From a virus, in IMG/VR virus record IMGVR_UViG_3300033463_000089, positions 1-64,000 of that record: 64,000 nt of DNA; one strand, 5' to 3'. The translations under genes were made by a program, and so were the position numbers. The notes under the pieces were generated by a model. It had not been told where the DNA came from. It saw only the letters and a program-made list of their open reading frames with translations, and ran no database searches. Within the stretch, counting starts at the first letter, position 1. Each line of letters begins with the position of its first letter. Positions 8,902 to 19,499 of this stretch are shown here, piece after piece.

Positions 8902-11900
8902 ACATACAAGTAAATATCCTCACTCTCGACCAAGCCGTGAACCGTCAGCTTGCGGCAATAGGCAAACGCGCAAGAAATGCCGAAGGAAAATCTATCTTCT
9001 CCGACATCACGCCGTCCTCAGCAGAGATAGAAACCATCCACGACTTCTACGCTGATGCCGTCACGCTCCTTAATACCACCTCGCAGTACTTCGTCGAGGC
9101 CACCACGACACCAACCGAGGACGGCCAAGCTATCGGTGTGGTAACACTCACATTCCCCAATAATCATAACATCGCTATGAACACTACCCTCGTTGTTGCC
9201 TTTACGACCTTCCTCGTCGCCTATGCCGTCTATGCCTGGCTTTCTATCGTCAACCCGGCAGCGACTGAGCGTTATCAGCAGGCCATGCGCGAGAAGCTGG
9301 AGGCACTGATACAGATTATCTTCCATAAGACACCGCCTAACCATGAGTACGTCCTCGACGTACCGCCGTCCATCAGCTCACCAGGTTCACTACGGCTGGG
9401 TTTCAACGAGCAGCGTATCATCGCTTACACGCTCGGCTCCGACGGTATCGACGATTTGGAGATTGTCAGCAGCTCGGAATACATCACCGTCTATAAGAAC
9501 GCTGACCGGACTTTCTCCATCATCAACGCCAACACTACGGCAAATCCCGTCGTGGCTACCGTCACCATCAGACGCGGAGAGACCACCATTCTTGAAGTCA
9601 TCGCCGTTACAGCCCTCACTCAGTCCGCAGGTGCTACCATCGTCACTAACCCGATACTGATAGGTCTCAGAACCTTGTCGGACAGCATCGAACTGCAAAC
9701 AGGCGACACGCGCAAGATAACCTACACGGGAACCATCACAAGCATCGCACCTTCAAGCAATTTAGCCGCCGCCGAACTAATCACGGAGAACGGCCAGACA
9801 AAGATACTCATCACAGCTGGAGCCAACGCTGGCCGCGAAACCTTTATACTCTACGGTGCTAACGGCTGGTCGTACACGCTCTATTGCAACGTCAAGGAGC
9901 AGCAGGCAACCCTGCCGAAGATTAACCACTCTTCACTCGCTGCAATCCGTGTCAATGAGACCTTCGACATTCCTTACACCCTCGGCTCTGATAATTTCGA
10001 CGATATATACATGACGGCATCTAACAGCGCCGTAACACTCCAAAAGGTTGTCACGCCAGCATCGGGAAGCACGCCAGCATCTTACAAGTACGTCGTGACG
10101 GGTGTAAACGTCGGTTCTGCAACCATTCGCGTGACCTCTGCCAGACACCCGGAAATCAACACCTATATTACTGTGCGTGTTACGGCCGTTCACGGACTGC
10201 AGGAGCCACATATCTACGTCACGGAGAATACTATCAATACCGTGGCTGGAGCTGACCCGACGCGCATCCTCTTCTATCCCGGCGAGACGGGCGAGTTTAC
10301 CGTTACATCGTCAGACTCAACAAAGGTTGCTGTTTATAAGGGTAACGGCTATGTTGACATCAAACCGCTGGCCGCTACAGCAGCAGGTTCGCCCGTCACC
10401 ATCACCTTCACCAACAACGCCACCGAGTTCCAAGACAATAGTCATAACAACTGGATGCAGACTATCAGCGTCAGCGTCGCCGCTATACCTGCCGTCATCA
10501 CACCGCCCATCATCTATTGGCCGGACAGCCTGGTACTGAAAGAAGGCAGTATCGGTATTTCCGTGGAGTATGCGCTCGGAAATGATAGCGTGGACGGCTT
10601 TACTACATTAAATGGCGGCGGATGTTCTTCGTCCAATACTAATGTCGTTACAATAGCTCAAACAAGCAACGGTTTCAATATAACGCCACATGGCATCGGT
10701 TCGGCTACCATCCATATCTGGGACATATTACACGGCATCGACGTCTATAAGAACGTCGTGGTGGAATGGCGTGAGCCCGAGCTGCTAAACGGACTTCGTG
10801 ATAACGACGAGCTGTATCTGCCGGAGGTCTATGAGCCTGCAAGCGGCTTCGATGCAAGCGACACCGATACCAACCCGACAATAGGAACCAACGGACTTGC
10901 AATCGAGTTCAAGGCAGCCTCGTCTGGCACTTATAGCTATAATGTGTACCCGTCTGGTTGCGCCGTATGCAGAATAGACACAATACAGAACATCGGCGGC
11001 CCATATACAAAGAAACTCGTTGTCTTTGCGCTTGAAGAGGGTCTGACATATATAACTGTACGTTGCGACAGTGCTTCCGGAAACTCATGGTCTTCGCGCT
11101 TCATTCTGCGTGTAGGACAAGCAGCGGCAGACACGCCTACGTTACAGTCGCCCGATATTTCCTTCTCTGATTTTTATTTCAAAGCTACATCAAGAGATCA
11201 TGAGGGTCGCTGTCCTATCCTCACAAATACAAGGTACCTTCCTGTTACGTATTCTTCATCCAACACTTCTGTGGCTACCGTAGACCGGACAACCGGGGCC
11301 GTAACGTTTGTTGGAAACGGCACAACAATTATTTCGGCAGCTTTTGCTGGCAATGATACATATTACGCCTTTACTGCACAATACAGACTTGATGTCGATG
11401 TTGAATGGGGTGTTCAAGAGTTTACTGCCAATGACAGTGATGGTGTGTATTATTATAAAGGTACTATCGAAGGAGTTACTAACCCGATATTCATGTATGA
11501 TTCGCTCGGTACTGGTGCAGTCGTTCTCTTTACAAATTCAGACGGAGATTCTTTGTATTGCTATGATGAATCAGAAGAAGAGTATTATCTTGACACCCAG
11601 AATACCGTCGATTCAACGGCATTAGGAAATATAGAAACGGCTGTCATGGACGCCCTCTCCAGATATGAGGTAAGTGTGAGCGCACATACATCAACCAATA
11701 GCGTGCCGTCCGAATACCCATCAGCCTATATTCTCCCCATCCCGTCAAGTATGCAGCCTACCGAAATATCCAACTCTGCACCAGACGGCCTGTATTACCT
11801 TAAAGGTACTGTCGGTTCAGTCGGCAGAATAACCAACCCTGTATTCAGCCTCTCAAATGGAACAATCACGCTGTTTACAGACTCGGACGGTGCGGCTACC

Positions 11901-12956
11901 TATGTATATGACGAAACTACGGGTGAAGTCACAGCCTCATCGTCTGTCGGCTCAACGAACTTAGAGTATGCAATATGGTCTATTTACTACACGCTGTTGA
12001 GTTATGTCAGTGGGGCGTCATTCAACCGCCAGACGTCCGTCGGCACACCTTCCGGCACACCGACGCACTTTATTAATAAGGTTACACCGACACTCAACGG
12101 CAGCACCTCGCGCAACGTTGTTATCAACGACTATAATACTATCAGTGTTAACAATGATGCCGTTTACAGTGCCTTGTCATCTGATGACAGCATAGCATCG
12201 GTGGAGGCAGACGTTGGTAGTGCCTTCGTTACTGCCCTCGCAACGGGTACGGCAACCATTACCATCGTGACACTCACCGGAGAACAGTTCACTATCACCT
12301 ACACCGTTACAGCAACACTACTGCCCTCGATAGACGGCAATACATCGCGTAGTTTGACGGTGGGTAATACTGACACTATCTCTGTCAACAACGGCACTAT
12401 ATCATCCGTCAGCGTCAGCCCAAGCTCGGGCACATTGACAGCCAATCTGTCTAACGGCTCCGTGGTTGTTACGGGCGTCGGTGCTGGCTCTGCCACCGTT
12501 ACCATCACGACAACGGACAACACCACACTCACGGTCACTTATACCGTATCGGCAGCAGCGTCTAACACGATAACCGCCTATAGCGGACAGCGCAACGTGT
12601 TTGCGTATCTGAATAAGACGGTAACTGTTGATGCAGGTATTCCGTTAACAGTTGAAAATCCGATTGTGTACATTGATAATGACGGGTATGTATATGCAGT
12701 GTCAGACAATAGTAATTATCTCCTAAAATATAACACAAGTAGCAATCAGGTTGAGCAAGGCCCATACTGTCCAAGCAGCAACAATTCTCGCCCCCAAATT
12801 ATATGTGATGCTGCAGTAGCTGATTATGGAACTCTTGTCGAGAAGAATAACGATTACAGGAAATATTTCGCCACATCTAACGTCCTCGTCCTTTACTCTA
12901 TCAGCTCGTCACAGGGACAAGCCAACCCCGGAGGTAACGCTGGCGGCGGCGCTTAA
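8898..12956 (+). CDS. Large virion protein with multiple bacterial Ig-like (BIG2-type) repeats
   Basis: 1,352 aa with an ATGA overlap with the portal-like gene. Repeated signatures such as SSSNTSVATVDRTTGAVTFVGNGTTIISA, LSSDDSIASVEADVGSAFVTALATGTATITIV and VVVTGVGAGSATVTITT. Confidence 0.65.
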   Translation: MNIQVNILTLDQAVNRQLAAIGKRARNAEGKSIFSDITPSSAEIETIHDFYADAVTLLNTTSQYFVEATTTPTEDGQAIGVVTLTFPNNHNIAMNTTLVVAFTTFLVAYAVYAWLSIVNPAATERYQQAMREKLEALIQIIFHKTPPNHEYVLDVPPSISSPGSLRLGFNEQRIIAYTLGSDGIDDLEIVSSSEYITVYKNADRTFSIINANTTANPVVATVTIRRGETTILEVIAVTALTQSAGATIVTNPILIGLRTLSDSIELQTGDTRKITYTGTITSIAPSSNLAAAELITENGQTKILITAGANAGRETFILYGANGWSYTLYCNVKEQQATLPKINHSSLAAIRVNETFDIPYTLGSDNFDDIYMTASNSAVTLQKVVTPASGSTPASYKYVVTGVNVGSATIRVTSARHPEINTYITVRVTAVHGLQEPHIYVTENTINTVAGADPTRILFYPGETGEFTVTSSDSTKVAVYKGNGYVDIKPLAATAAGSPVTITFTNNATEFQDNSHNNWMQTISVSVAAIPAVITPPIIYWPDSLVLKEGSIGISVEYALGNDSVDGFTTLNGGGCSSSNTNVVTIAQTSNGFNITPHGIGSATIHIWDILHGIDVYKNVVVEWREPELLNGLRDNDELYLPEVYEPASGFDASDTDTNPTIGTNGLAIEFKAASSGTYSYNVYPSGCAVCRIDTIQNIGGPYTKKLVVFALEEGLTYITVRCDSASGNSWSSRFILRVGQAAADTPTLQSPDISFSDFYFKATSRDHEGRCPILTNTRYLPVTYSSSNTSVATVDRTTGAVTFVGNGTTIISAAFAGNDTYYAFTAQYRLDVDVEWGVQEFTANDSDGVYYYKGTIEGVTNPIFMYDSLGTGAVVLFTNSDGDSLYCYDESEEEYYLDTQNTVDSTALGNIETAVMDALSRYEVSVSAHTSTNSVPSEYPSAYILPIPSSMQPTEISNSAPDGLYYLKGTVGSVGRITNPVFSLSNGTITLFTDSDGAATYVYDETTGEVTASSSVGSTNLEYAIWSIYYTLLSYVSGASFNRQTSVGTPSGTPTHFINKVTPTLNGSTSRNVVINDYNTISVNNDAVYSALSSDDSIASVEADVGSAFVTALATGTATITIVTLTGEQFTITYTVTATLLPSIDGNTSRSLTVGNTDTISVNNGTISSVSVSPSSGTLTANLSNGSVVVTGVGAGSATVTITTTDNTTLTVTYTVSAAASNTITAYSGQRNVFAYLNKTVTVDAGIPLTVENPIVYIDNDGYVYAVSDNSNYLLKYNTSSNQVEQGPYCPSSNNSRPQIICDAAVADYGTLVEKNNDYRKYFATSNVLVLYSISSSQGQANPGGNAGGGA

Positions 12957-12991
12957 ACAGGCTAACTCAAAACAACTAACATCATAAAGTT

Positions 12992-13588
12992 ATGAATACA
13001 CTAACCCTTACCCTCAACAAAGAAAACATCATTTCTGCGGTCAAAGCTGATACCTACATCACAGGACGGGCTGACAAGTCAGTTGATGCAGTAAAGAACG
13101 CTGCCGTTGCCTACAACGAGCAGGCTGGTGACGATGCCTATCACGAAGTTAAGCTGTTCCGCACGCTCCGTGAAGCTCTCTCTAAGTTCGAGGCCAACCT
13201 CGCCGAGTACGTCGATACCTCAGACCCCAACGCACAGGTAACGAACACACTCAACAAGGACAACGAGACATTCACGGTCAGTATCACCGTAGGCTCTCGC
13301 TTCAACAAGGCGTTTGCTCCTACGCTGTCTGCCCTCGCCGAAAGCTACATTATCAATATGATGCTGTACTCTTGGTGGCAGTCGCTCAAAACGTCTCTCG
13401 CCAAAGACTACTACGGCTTTGCTAACGATTCACTCATCGCCGTGCAGCGTCTCTTGTCGAAGTCAGCACCATCGGTGTCTGCCAACAGCTATAACGCCCC
13501 GACTGGCGAGGTCGTTGATTCGTCGGCTTCGCAGACCTCCGGTAGCGACACGACCACCGAAGAGCAGACAGAAGTGACTAACCCCTAA
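12992..13588 (+). CDS. Hypothetical virion protein (tandem paralog A)
   Basis: 198 aa. Shares AGDDAYHE / SRFNKAF..LSALAESYIINMMLYSWW with the next gene. Confidence 0.55.
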   Translation: MNTLTLTLNKENIISAVKADTYITGRADKSVDAVKNAAVAYNEQAGDDAYHEVKLFRTLREALSKFEANLAEYVDTSDPNAQVTNTLNKDNETFTVSITVGSRFNKAFAPTLSALAESYIINMMLYSWWQSLKTSLAKDYYGFANDSLIAVQRLLSKSAPSVSANSYNAPTGEVVDSSASQTSGSDTTTEEQTEVTNP

Positions 13589-13599
13589 CAATCTGACCT

Positions 13600-14376
13600 A
13601 TGTATATCCGTCTAACCCTCATCAAGTCTCTCATCGTCGAGGCCATCAAGAATGAGACCTACCAACGTGGCAAGCTCGACAAGACACCTGCGGCCACGGG
13701 CACGCCCGGCAGCGCACAGGCTATCTCGCAGGCTTACCATGAGACAGCAGGCGACGAGACCTACCATGAGCGTATGATTGAGCGCTCCATCGTCTCTAAC
13801 CTCGCCGACTTCAAGACACGTATCTCCGACTATCTCACCCAGACGGGACAGACAGCCGCGGATAACATCACGCAGACAACGGACGGCGATAACATCATCC
13901 TCACGCTCTCCGTGTCCGACCGCTTCAACACCTCGCACACCGACGACCTTGCGAAGCTGGCATCCGAGTATATCGTGAACGCCAGCCTTATGGACTGGTA
14001 TCGCCCCATCGACGAGAAACGTTCTGCCCTCTATGCCTCATTCCTCGACCGAAACATTACTGCCGCACACCGATGCTTTACCAAAGTAGCCCCACAAGTC
14101 CCTTCGCCGGCCTATACAACCGGTCTCGACATCGACGGCTCTGCCATAGATATAGAGCCTGGAGAGGAAGCAACCGTAACCTACGCGCTATCGGATGGCG
14201 CTATAGACGATATTGAGGCGCGTGTGGCTAACAAGTGTATCTGCACTATCGGACGTTCTGACGATGGCTTCACTATCAAGGGACGCAGACGCGGACACAC
14301 GCTTGTGGAAATCTTCTCGCGTCACAACGACGAACTTTCGCGCACTATTCATGTATTCGTAACCGACCATAGCTAA
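13600..14376 (+). CDS. Hypothetical virion protein (tandem paralog B, extra C-terminal Ig-like domain)
   Basis: 258 aa. AGDETYHE / DRFNTSH..LAKLASEYIVNASLMDWY aligns with paralog A. The C-terminal ~90 aa look BIG2-like. Confidence 0.55.
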   Translation: MYIRLTLIKSLIVEAIKNETYQRGKLDKTPAATGTPGSAQAISQAYHETAGDETYHERMIERSIVSNLADFKTRISDYLTQTGQTAADNITQTTDGDNIILTLSVSDRFNTSHTDDLAKLASEYIVNASLMDWYRPIDEKRSALYASFLDRNITAAHRCFTKVAPQVPSPAYTTGLDIDGSAIDIEPGEEATVTYALSDGAIDDIEARVANKCICTIGRSDDGFTIKGRRRGHTLVEIFSRHNDELSRTIHVFVTDHS

Positions 14377-14381
14377 ATATC

Positions 14382-15017
14382 ATGGATAAGGTAATACTTC
14401 ACGAACACGGACGCTACCGCCCCGTCATGCCCGACCACCCCAAGCCGGACGACAACTGGCCGTATCACGGACACCCGACAACACCTTTCGACCCCGAGTT
14501 TGGTATCAAGAACCCGAAAGTCGAAAGACATATCTTTGTGCGTCATGAGAACATCTTCTTTGCTATCGACGCGCAGTTAGGTATGATTGCCCGGGCACGA
14601 CGCAAGCCGGACGGCACGGAAGATGAAACCATCGCCCATGCTACCGAGGCTTTCCGTCCCATGTTCTGCAGTTGGATAGATACACACATAGGCGAGGCAA
14701 AGACAACCATGTCTGCCTTTGTCCTTGAACGTTTCCGCAAGGGGGTGGTGAACGACATCAAGGATTCCGAGGAAACGGACATCGCCTTACTCATGCCTAA
14801 GTGGTACGACGATACAACCTTCAAGCAGCTAAAGGACGCCGTGAATAACTATGTCGTAGATGCAACGCTCTATGACTACTTCGCTATTACTTTGACTGCG
14901 AAAGACCCCGTGACACAATCCAAGGAGGTGAGCAAAAACAACCTTCTCGGAGAGATTAAGAAGCTGGCTAACATGGCAAAGCCGGGTTCTGTCAAGAAGA
15001 AAATGAAACCATTCTGA
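14382..15017 (+). CDS. Hypothetical virion-module protein
   Basis: 211-aa ORF. Its stop overlaps the next start (TGATG at 15015-15019). Confidence 0.55.
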   Translation: MDKVILHEHGRYRPVMPDHPKPDDNWPYHGHPTTPFDPEFGIKNPKVERHIFVRHENIFFAIDAQLGMIARARRKPDGTEDETIAHATEAFRPMFCSWIDTHIGEAKTTMSAFVLERFRKGVVNDIKDSEETDIALLMPKWYDDTTFKQLKDAVNNYVVDATLYDYFAITLTAKDPVTQSKEVSKNNLLGEIKKLANMAKPGSVKKKMKPF

Positions 15018-15388
15018 TGAGAGACGTAGGACAAGATGTAAGGCGGAACCAAACCGCTTGTGTGAAGCTATCAAAGACCGTGCAGGGACTGATGGCAAAC
15101 TGGACTGAGGACAATTTCGTGAACTTCCAAGAGACGATGGACCTCATACGAGAGGGTGCGCCCGTGCAGTGGGTAAAACTCTACATGGAAGCCGTCAAGA
15201 TGGGTATCATCAAGGAAACGAATGTCAATATCAATATCAACCGCCAGCAGGACCACGAAAACCTGCAGGCTCTCGTCCGCACACGAATACCTCAACTCCC
15301 CGAGTCTGGAACCTATACGCCTTACGAAGAGGTCAAGCCACAGGAATACGCTAAACTTACGGCCAACGACAAAACCAAAGAGCAATGA
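15017..15388 (+). CDS. Hypothetical protein (WVKLY motif)
   Basis: 123-aa ORF, translationally coupled on both sides. A truncated paralogous fragment lies at 52545-52650. Confidence 0.5.
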   Translation: MRDVGQDVRRNQTACVKLSKTVQGLMANWTEDNFVNFQETMDLIREGAPVQWVKLYMEAVKMGIIKETNVNININRQQDHENLQALVRTRIPQLPESGTYTPYEEVKPQEYAKLTANDKTKEQ

Positions 15389-17913
15389 ACGAGAAACAGC
15401 AGCAGCTTACCTTTGAGAAGGGAATAACCACTATCCCCTCCGATTCTCTGTGTTCTGACAACGCCTTGGAGAACGAGACCAACCTTATCTATAGGGATGG
15501 TGAGCATCATGTTATCCAATCGCCAGAGTATGAATTTGGCATTAACGGTACTCTGTTGTTTGTTCACAAGCTGCCCGGTGGTGGGGAGAAATATATCTAT
15601 GAGGGTGCTAACGCTGATACTAACAACGCCTATCATCTGTTCATCTACGGCTCCCCTAATAGTATCGGCGGTAGTGCTCACACCAACAACTTAACTCCCA
15701 AGGATGTAACAGCCATCGGCAAGACGCTCATCGTGAACATGAGCGGGGACATCAAGTATTTCTTGTGGAACGGGACGGGGTATAAGAGCCTGGGAAAGAT
15801 TAAGGAGCCCGATACGATGCAGTTTATTGTCGCCAACGATGGAGAGATAGGCGAGGCGGCCCCGTATTCTTCCGATCAATACAATACATATAATTATGGG
15901 CGTGCAGCATACGTCGTAAATCAGAAAGAATATGATAATCTGGTACTCGGTCTTTATAGCAAACTGGTTAAGAAAGCCGCCGAGAACAAGCGTTTCGTCA
16001 AGCCCTTTGTGATACGTTACGCCGTAGAGCTGTACGACGGTTCCTATACCTGTATCTCAAATCCCATCATCTGCTATGCAGGCGTGAGGTGTAATGCCCG
16101 TGCCGTGAGAAACGCAAGCGACGGAAATGCGGTATCAACATCCATGTTTCTGAGGACATTTCAACTGCGGTTCTTAGCCAAGTACGACTACACCGACTAC
16201 CAGGACATCGTAAAAGATGTTGTTGTCTTCATGTCCGAGGGCGTCAACCTTTATAATCTTGCTACAAGTCAGACTATGATAGCGAAATGGAACGATAACG
16301 AATCTGGTATCTATGCTGATGAAGTTAGCGGAAACGTATATTCTTCTTATGACTGGAACTACTATCCTATTCGAAATGATGCCAATTTTCAACCGCTAAC
16401 CCCTGCAGGAGAGAAAGCCATCGAGGACGGTCTGAAAGGTGCAAGCAACTTCTACAAGATAGCAGAGCTTGGCATGAAACAGGACACCGACGAATATAAG
16501 GATATAGACGAGTACATTGACACCAATATTCTGACTAACCTCACATCGCAGGAGAGGCTGACGCAGGACTACTTCACGCACAGCGTCATATCGAGCGACG
16601 AGATGCTGACGTACAACAACCGACTGCTGCTTACCAATGCCAAGCGCAGTTTCTTTAGCGGCTTCAAGTTCTTCTCGGCGTGGGGTGCTGGAAATATCAG
16701 CGCGTACAAGATTTATGTCTATATCAAAACAGATTCCGGCGACCGCGTCGTATGCAGCGGCGAATGGCGGACAATGCGTAATATAGGACACTACATCTAC
16801 TATCCGGACCCGAGAGCGTATAAAGCCGTCATATTCAAGAACGGTTCCTATTACGGAACGGTCAAGTTAAAAGAGCATCCCGGCCTGAACGGCGCGTATT
16901 ACTATAGCGGCTTGCCTCGCGATTATTCCACAGGAACATCATTCGCGCCGCCGACAGAAGAAACTACACCTACTGAGCCGACGGTCAGCAACGAGCCGGA
17001 AACGCTTGTCGGGCGTATCTATGTGTCCGAGGTCAACAACCCGTTTACCTTTACCTCTCGCGGCGACATCACCGTGGGCAACGGTAAGATACTCGGTGCC
17101 GCGGCTTTGACGCAGGCCCTTTCACAAGGTCAGTTCGGTCAGTACCCGCTCATCGCGTTTTGTACTGATGGCATCTGGGCACTCTCGGTTAATAGTGAAG
17201 GTGTGTTTACGTCTGTTCATCCCATGTCGCGCGAGGTGGCCTTGGAGAGTAACCCGTGCATCACGCAGACGGACGGAGCGATATTCTTTGTCTCTAAGAA
17301 GGGATTGATGGTTGTTGTAGGTAACGATGTAAGATGTGTATCAGAACAGCTTAGTGGAAAGAGTGTCATCAACTTCGATGCTTATTTCTCCAATTGTATG
17401 ATAGCCTATGACTACCGCGACTCTCTCCTTTGGATATTCAACGCTGACTATAATTCCCAGTATGCACTCGTCTACTCAATTAAGACGGGTACGTTTGCGT
17501 GGAAAAAGCTCGATTCAGAAGAGGCGAATAATGTCATCAACAATTACCCGGACTATCTCATACAGGACAATGTAGGTTCTGTTTACTCTCTGTATCATAG
17601 GGTTGCACCAGTCAACGACACAATACCCTATAACGCTTCAATCAAGACACGCCCCATGAAGCTGGAGAATGCCTTGGCCTTGAAGTCCATCATGCAGATA
17701 AGACATATCTATGATTTCTACAAATATGCAACCATAGGTCTAAAGATTGAAGCGTCCAACAATATGAGAGAATGGGAAACGCTTCGTTCTCTCGGTGGAA
17801 CACCTTGGAAGTACTACCGCTTCACATATAACTTTGATGGACTACAGGCCGCTGATACCTTCTCCGGCTCAATACTCATAACACAAGAACGCAGAACGAA
17901 CAAGCTGAGATAA
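15385..17913 (+). CDS. Large virion protein (tail/nozzle candidate), function unknown
   Basis: 842-aa ORF with an ATGA overlap at 15385-15388. Last gene of the plus-strand virion operon. Confidence 0.55.
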   Translation: MNEKQQQLTFEKGITTIPSDSLCSDNALENETNLIYRDGEHHVIQSPEYEFGINGTLLFVHKLPGGGEKYIYEGANADTNNAYHLFIYGSPNSIGGSAHTNNLTPKDVTAIGKTLIVNMSGDIKYFLWNGTGYKSLGKIKEPDTMQFIVANDGEIGEAAPYSSDQYNTYNYGRAAYVVNQKEYDNLVLGLYSKLVKKAAENKRFVKPFVIRYAVELYDGSYTCISNPIICYAGVRCNARAVRNASDGNAVSTSMFLRTFQLRFLAKYDYTDYQDIVKDVVVFMSEGVNLYNLATSQTMIAKWNDNESGIYADEVSGNVYSSYDWNYYPIRNDANFQPLTPAGEKAIEDGLKGASNFYKIAELGMKQDTDEYKDIDEYIDTNILTNLTSQERLTQDYFTHSVISSDEMLTYNNRLLLTNAKRSFFSGFKFFSAWGAGNISAYKIYVYIKTDSGDRVVCSGEWRTMRNIGHYIYYPDPRAYKAVIFKNGSYYGTVKLKEHPGLNGAYYYSGLPRDYSTGTSFAPPTEETTPTEPTVSNEPETLVGRIYVSEVNNPFTFTSRGDITVGNGKILGAAALTQALSQGQFGQYPLIAFCTDGIWALSVNSEGVFTSVHPMSREVALESNPCITQTDGAIFFVSKKGLMVVVGNDVRCVSEQLSGKSVINFDAYFSNCMIAYDYRDSLLWIFNADYNSQYALVYSIKTGTFAWKKLDSEEANNVINNYPDYLIQDNVGSVYSLYHRVAPVNDTIPYNASIKTRPMKLENALALKSIMQIRHIYDFYKYATIGLKIEASNNMREWETLRSLGGTPWKYYRFTYNFDGLQAADTFSGSILITQERRTNKLR

Positions 17914-18104
17914 AAAAGCGGGGAAAAGAAAAATCCCCCGACTTTCATTCATAATGTAGCACCACCCACTTTACAAACGATTGCCACGTAGCAGCACGTC
18001 GGGGGAGATAAGTCCCGTTAAGCTGTTACGCGGCATTGTCGTCGTTATGGATGGTGCGGGTGCAAAGGTAATGAATTAAATCGAATCAACCAAAATTTGC
18101 ACTT

Positions 18105-18347
18105 ATGAAAGTGGTCGAAATCTTGAAATTAGGTAGAAATTGGCTGGAATTGCTGCAAGATTCCTGCATTAAAGTCACCGATGTGCGTTTCCTGGATATG
18201 TACGAAGAGTATCTTTCCATGACTGACGAAGGACTAAAGATGTCGTATATCTCCGCCTGCCTCTCAGAGAAGTTCCGTATCTCTGAGCGTCAGTTCTTCT
18301 ATCTCATCAAACGTCTCTCGCAGGACTGCAAAATCGTTGCAGTGTGA
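18105..18347 (+). CDS. Small HTH protein, Mor-like transcription activator candidate
   Basis: 80 aa. The C-terminal KFRISERQFFYLIKRL resembles the Mor/C-family HTH (..SERQIYRII..). Confidence 0.4.
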   Translation: MKVVEILKLGRNWLELLQDSCIKVTDVRFLDMYEEYLSMTDEGLKMSYISACLSEKFRISERQFFYLIKRLSQDCKIVAV

Positions 18348-18384
18348 ATTTCCCGTTTGTTGCCTCACCTTTGTTTCTATTGCC

Positions 18385-18392
18385 TATCTTTG
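18385..18392 (+). promoter_or_regulatory. Bacteroidota-type -7 box TATCTTTG
   Basis: Matches TAnnTTTG. TTTG elements lie upstream (18356-18359 and 18370-18373). Precedes the gene at 18453. Confidence 0.5.
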
Positions 18393-18452
18393 CCCCTGTC
18401 AATGCGCATGGCAAGGTAACTTATTTATTCACTCTCTAACACAAGAACAATT

Positions 18453-18998
18453 ATGGCATTAGACATGAACGATTTGGCTGCTTTGAAGAGTATGGGAATG
18501 TCGCCCTACGAGCAGTTCAAGACACAGCACATGCAGGCTAAGTCTCACACCTCCGGCATCGGAGTTACAGGACTTGTAACGGGTATCGTCGGCACGGTAG
18601 CAGGCGTGACGGCATGGATTTTCGCCCCGTTGTATAGCAACGCCAAGGCTTCGCAGGCCAAGGAAGCTGCCATCGCCGCCAAGGAGATTGCCGCTATCCA
18701 GAACGGTGCTACCCAGCGTCAACTCGACCAGCTCACTTCTCTGTTTGCAGCCGAGCGTCAGGAGCGTATCAACGGCGACATCACGCTTAACGCTACCATC
18801 AACGACTCTGTAAGCGGTTCTCAGCAGGGACAGCTTACCGCTACACAGCAGGCAGAACTCGCCGCCTCGCAGGTGGCTACGCAGACCGTTATGACAGGCT
18901 TGATGACAGGCAAGTATTCTGAGAACCCTCAGAAGGTTGCGCTCTATCGTGACGCCCAGCCTTGCAACTGCCCCAATAGTTGCGGCTGCATGGGTTAA
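18453..18998 (+). CDS. Single-pass membrane protein with Cys-rich C-terminus
   Basis: 181 aa. Hydrophobic segment GIGVTGLVTGIVGTVAGVTAWIFAPL, a coiled-coil middle and the terminus QPCNCPNSCGCMG. A -7 box lies at 18385-18392. Confidence 0.5.
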   Translation: MALDMNDLAALKSMGMSPYEQFKTQHMQAKSHTSGIGVTGLVTGIVGTVAGVTAWIFAPLYSNAKASQAKEAAIAAKEIAAIQNGATQRQLDQLTSLFAAERQERINGDITLNATINDSVSGSQQGQLTATQQAELAASQVATQTVMTGLMTGKYSENPQKVALYRDAQPCNCPNSCGCMG

Positions 18999-19083
18999 GC
19001 GGTAATTTTGGGAGGAATCCGCTTAATGTTTAGGAAACTATACAAACAAGCGGGTTCCAACCTTCTTAAAATCTAACACGGCA

Positions 19084-19437
19084 ATGTTATGGTTCAACAC
19101 GAAAAAGAAACAGAAGATGGAGTTTATACAGAATTATGTGCCAACGAGTAAGGCGCAGTTGCTTCAAGTGGCAATGTACTTCAACAACGGGGATATGAAG
19201 AAGGCGCAGGAAATGTTCGACTTCTATTCAAAGAATCTCAACATCCCAGACTTCGACCCCGTATCGCCCAGCTTCATGCAGCAGGTAAAGACGGGCGCAA
19301 ACGACTTATTCTCATGGATAAAAGAGAATCAAAGTGACATCATCAACGGCTATCAGTTCATTCAGTCCGTCATTCAGAACCGTGGAGTGATACCGCCCGT
19401 GACGGAGGAAGTGCCGTTGGAGCCTATTAACGACTAA
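19084..19437 (+). CDS. Hypothetical protein
   Basis: 117-aa ORF (alternative start at 19117), same strand as its neighbours. Confidence 0.45.
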   Translation: MLWFNTKKKQKMEFIQNYVPTSKAQLLQVAMYFNNGDMKKAQEMFDFYSKNLNIPDFDPVSPSFMQQVKTGANDLFSWIKENQSDIINGYQFIQSVIQNRGVIPPVTEEVPLEPIND

Positions 19438-19499
19438 TCAAAGATTTCACGGATTTCAAAAATATCAAACTTTTCACTGTCAAACTTTTCAAATTTATC

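Noticed and set aside
17914-17950. Possible terminator after the 842-aa gene (CGGGG...CCCCG).
   Set aside because: The stem is only 5 bp, the loop is ~13 nt, and there is no U-tract. This is too weak to call.
17949-17961. 13-nt match AGCACCACCCACT, also present at ~48013-48025, each just after a stop codon.
   Set aside because: Dozens of 13-mer repeats are expected by chance in 64 kb on two strands, and there is no further flanking similarity.
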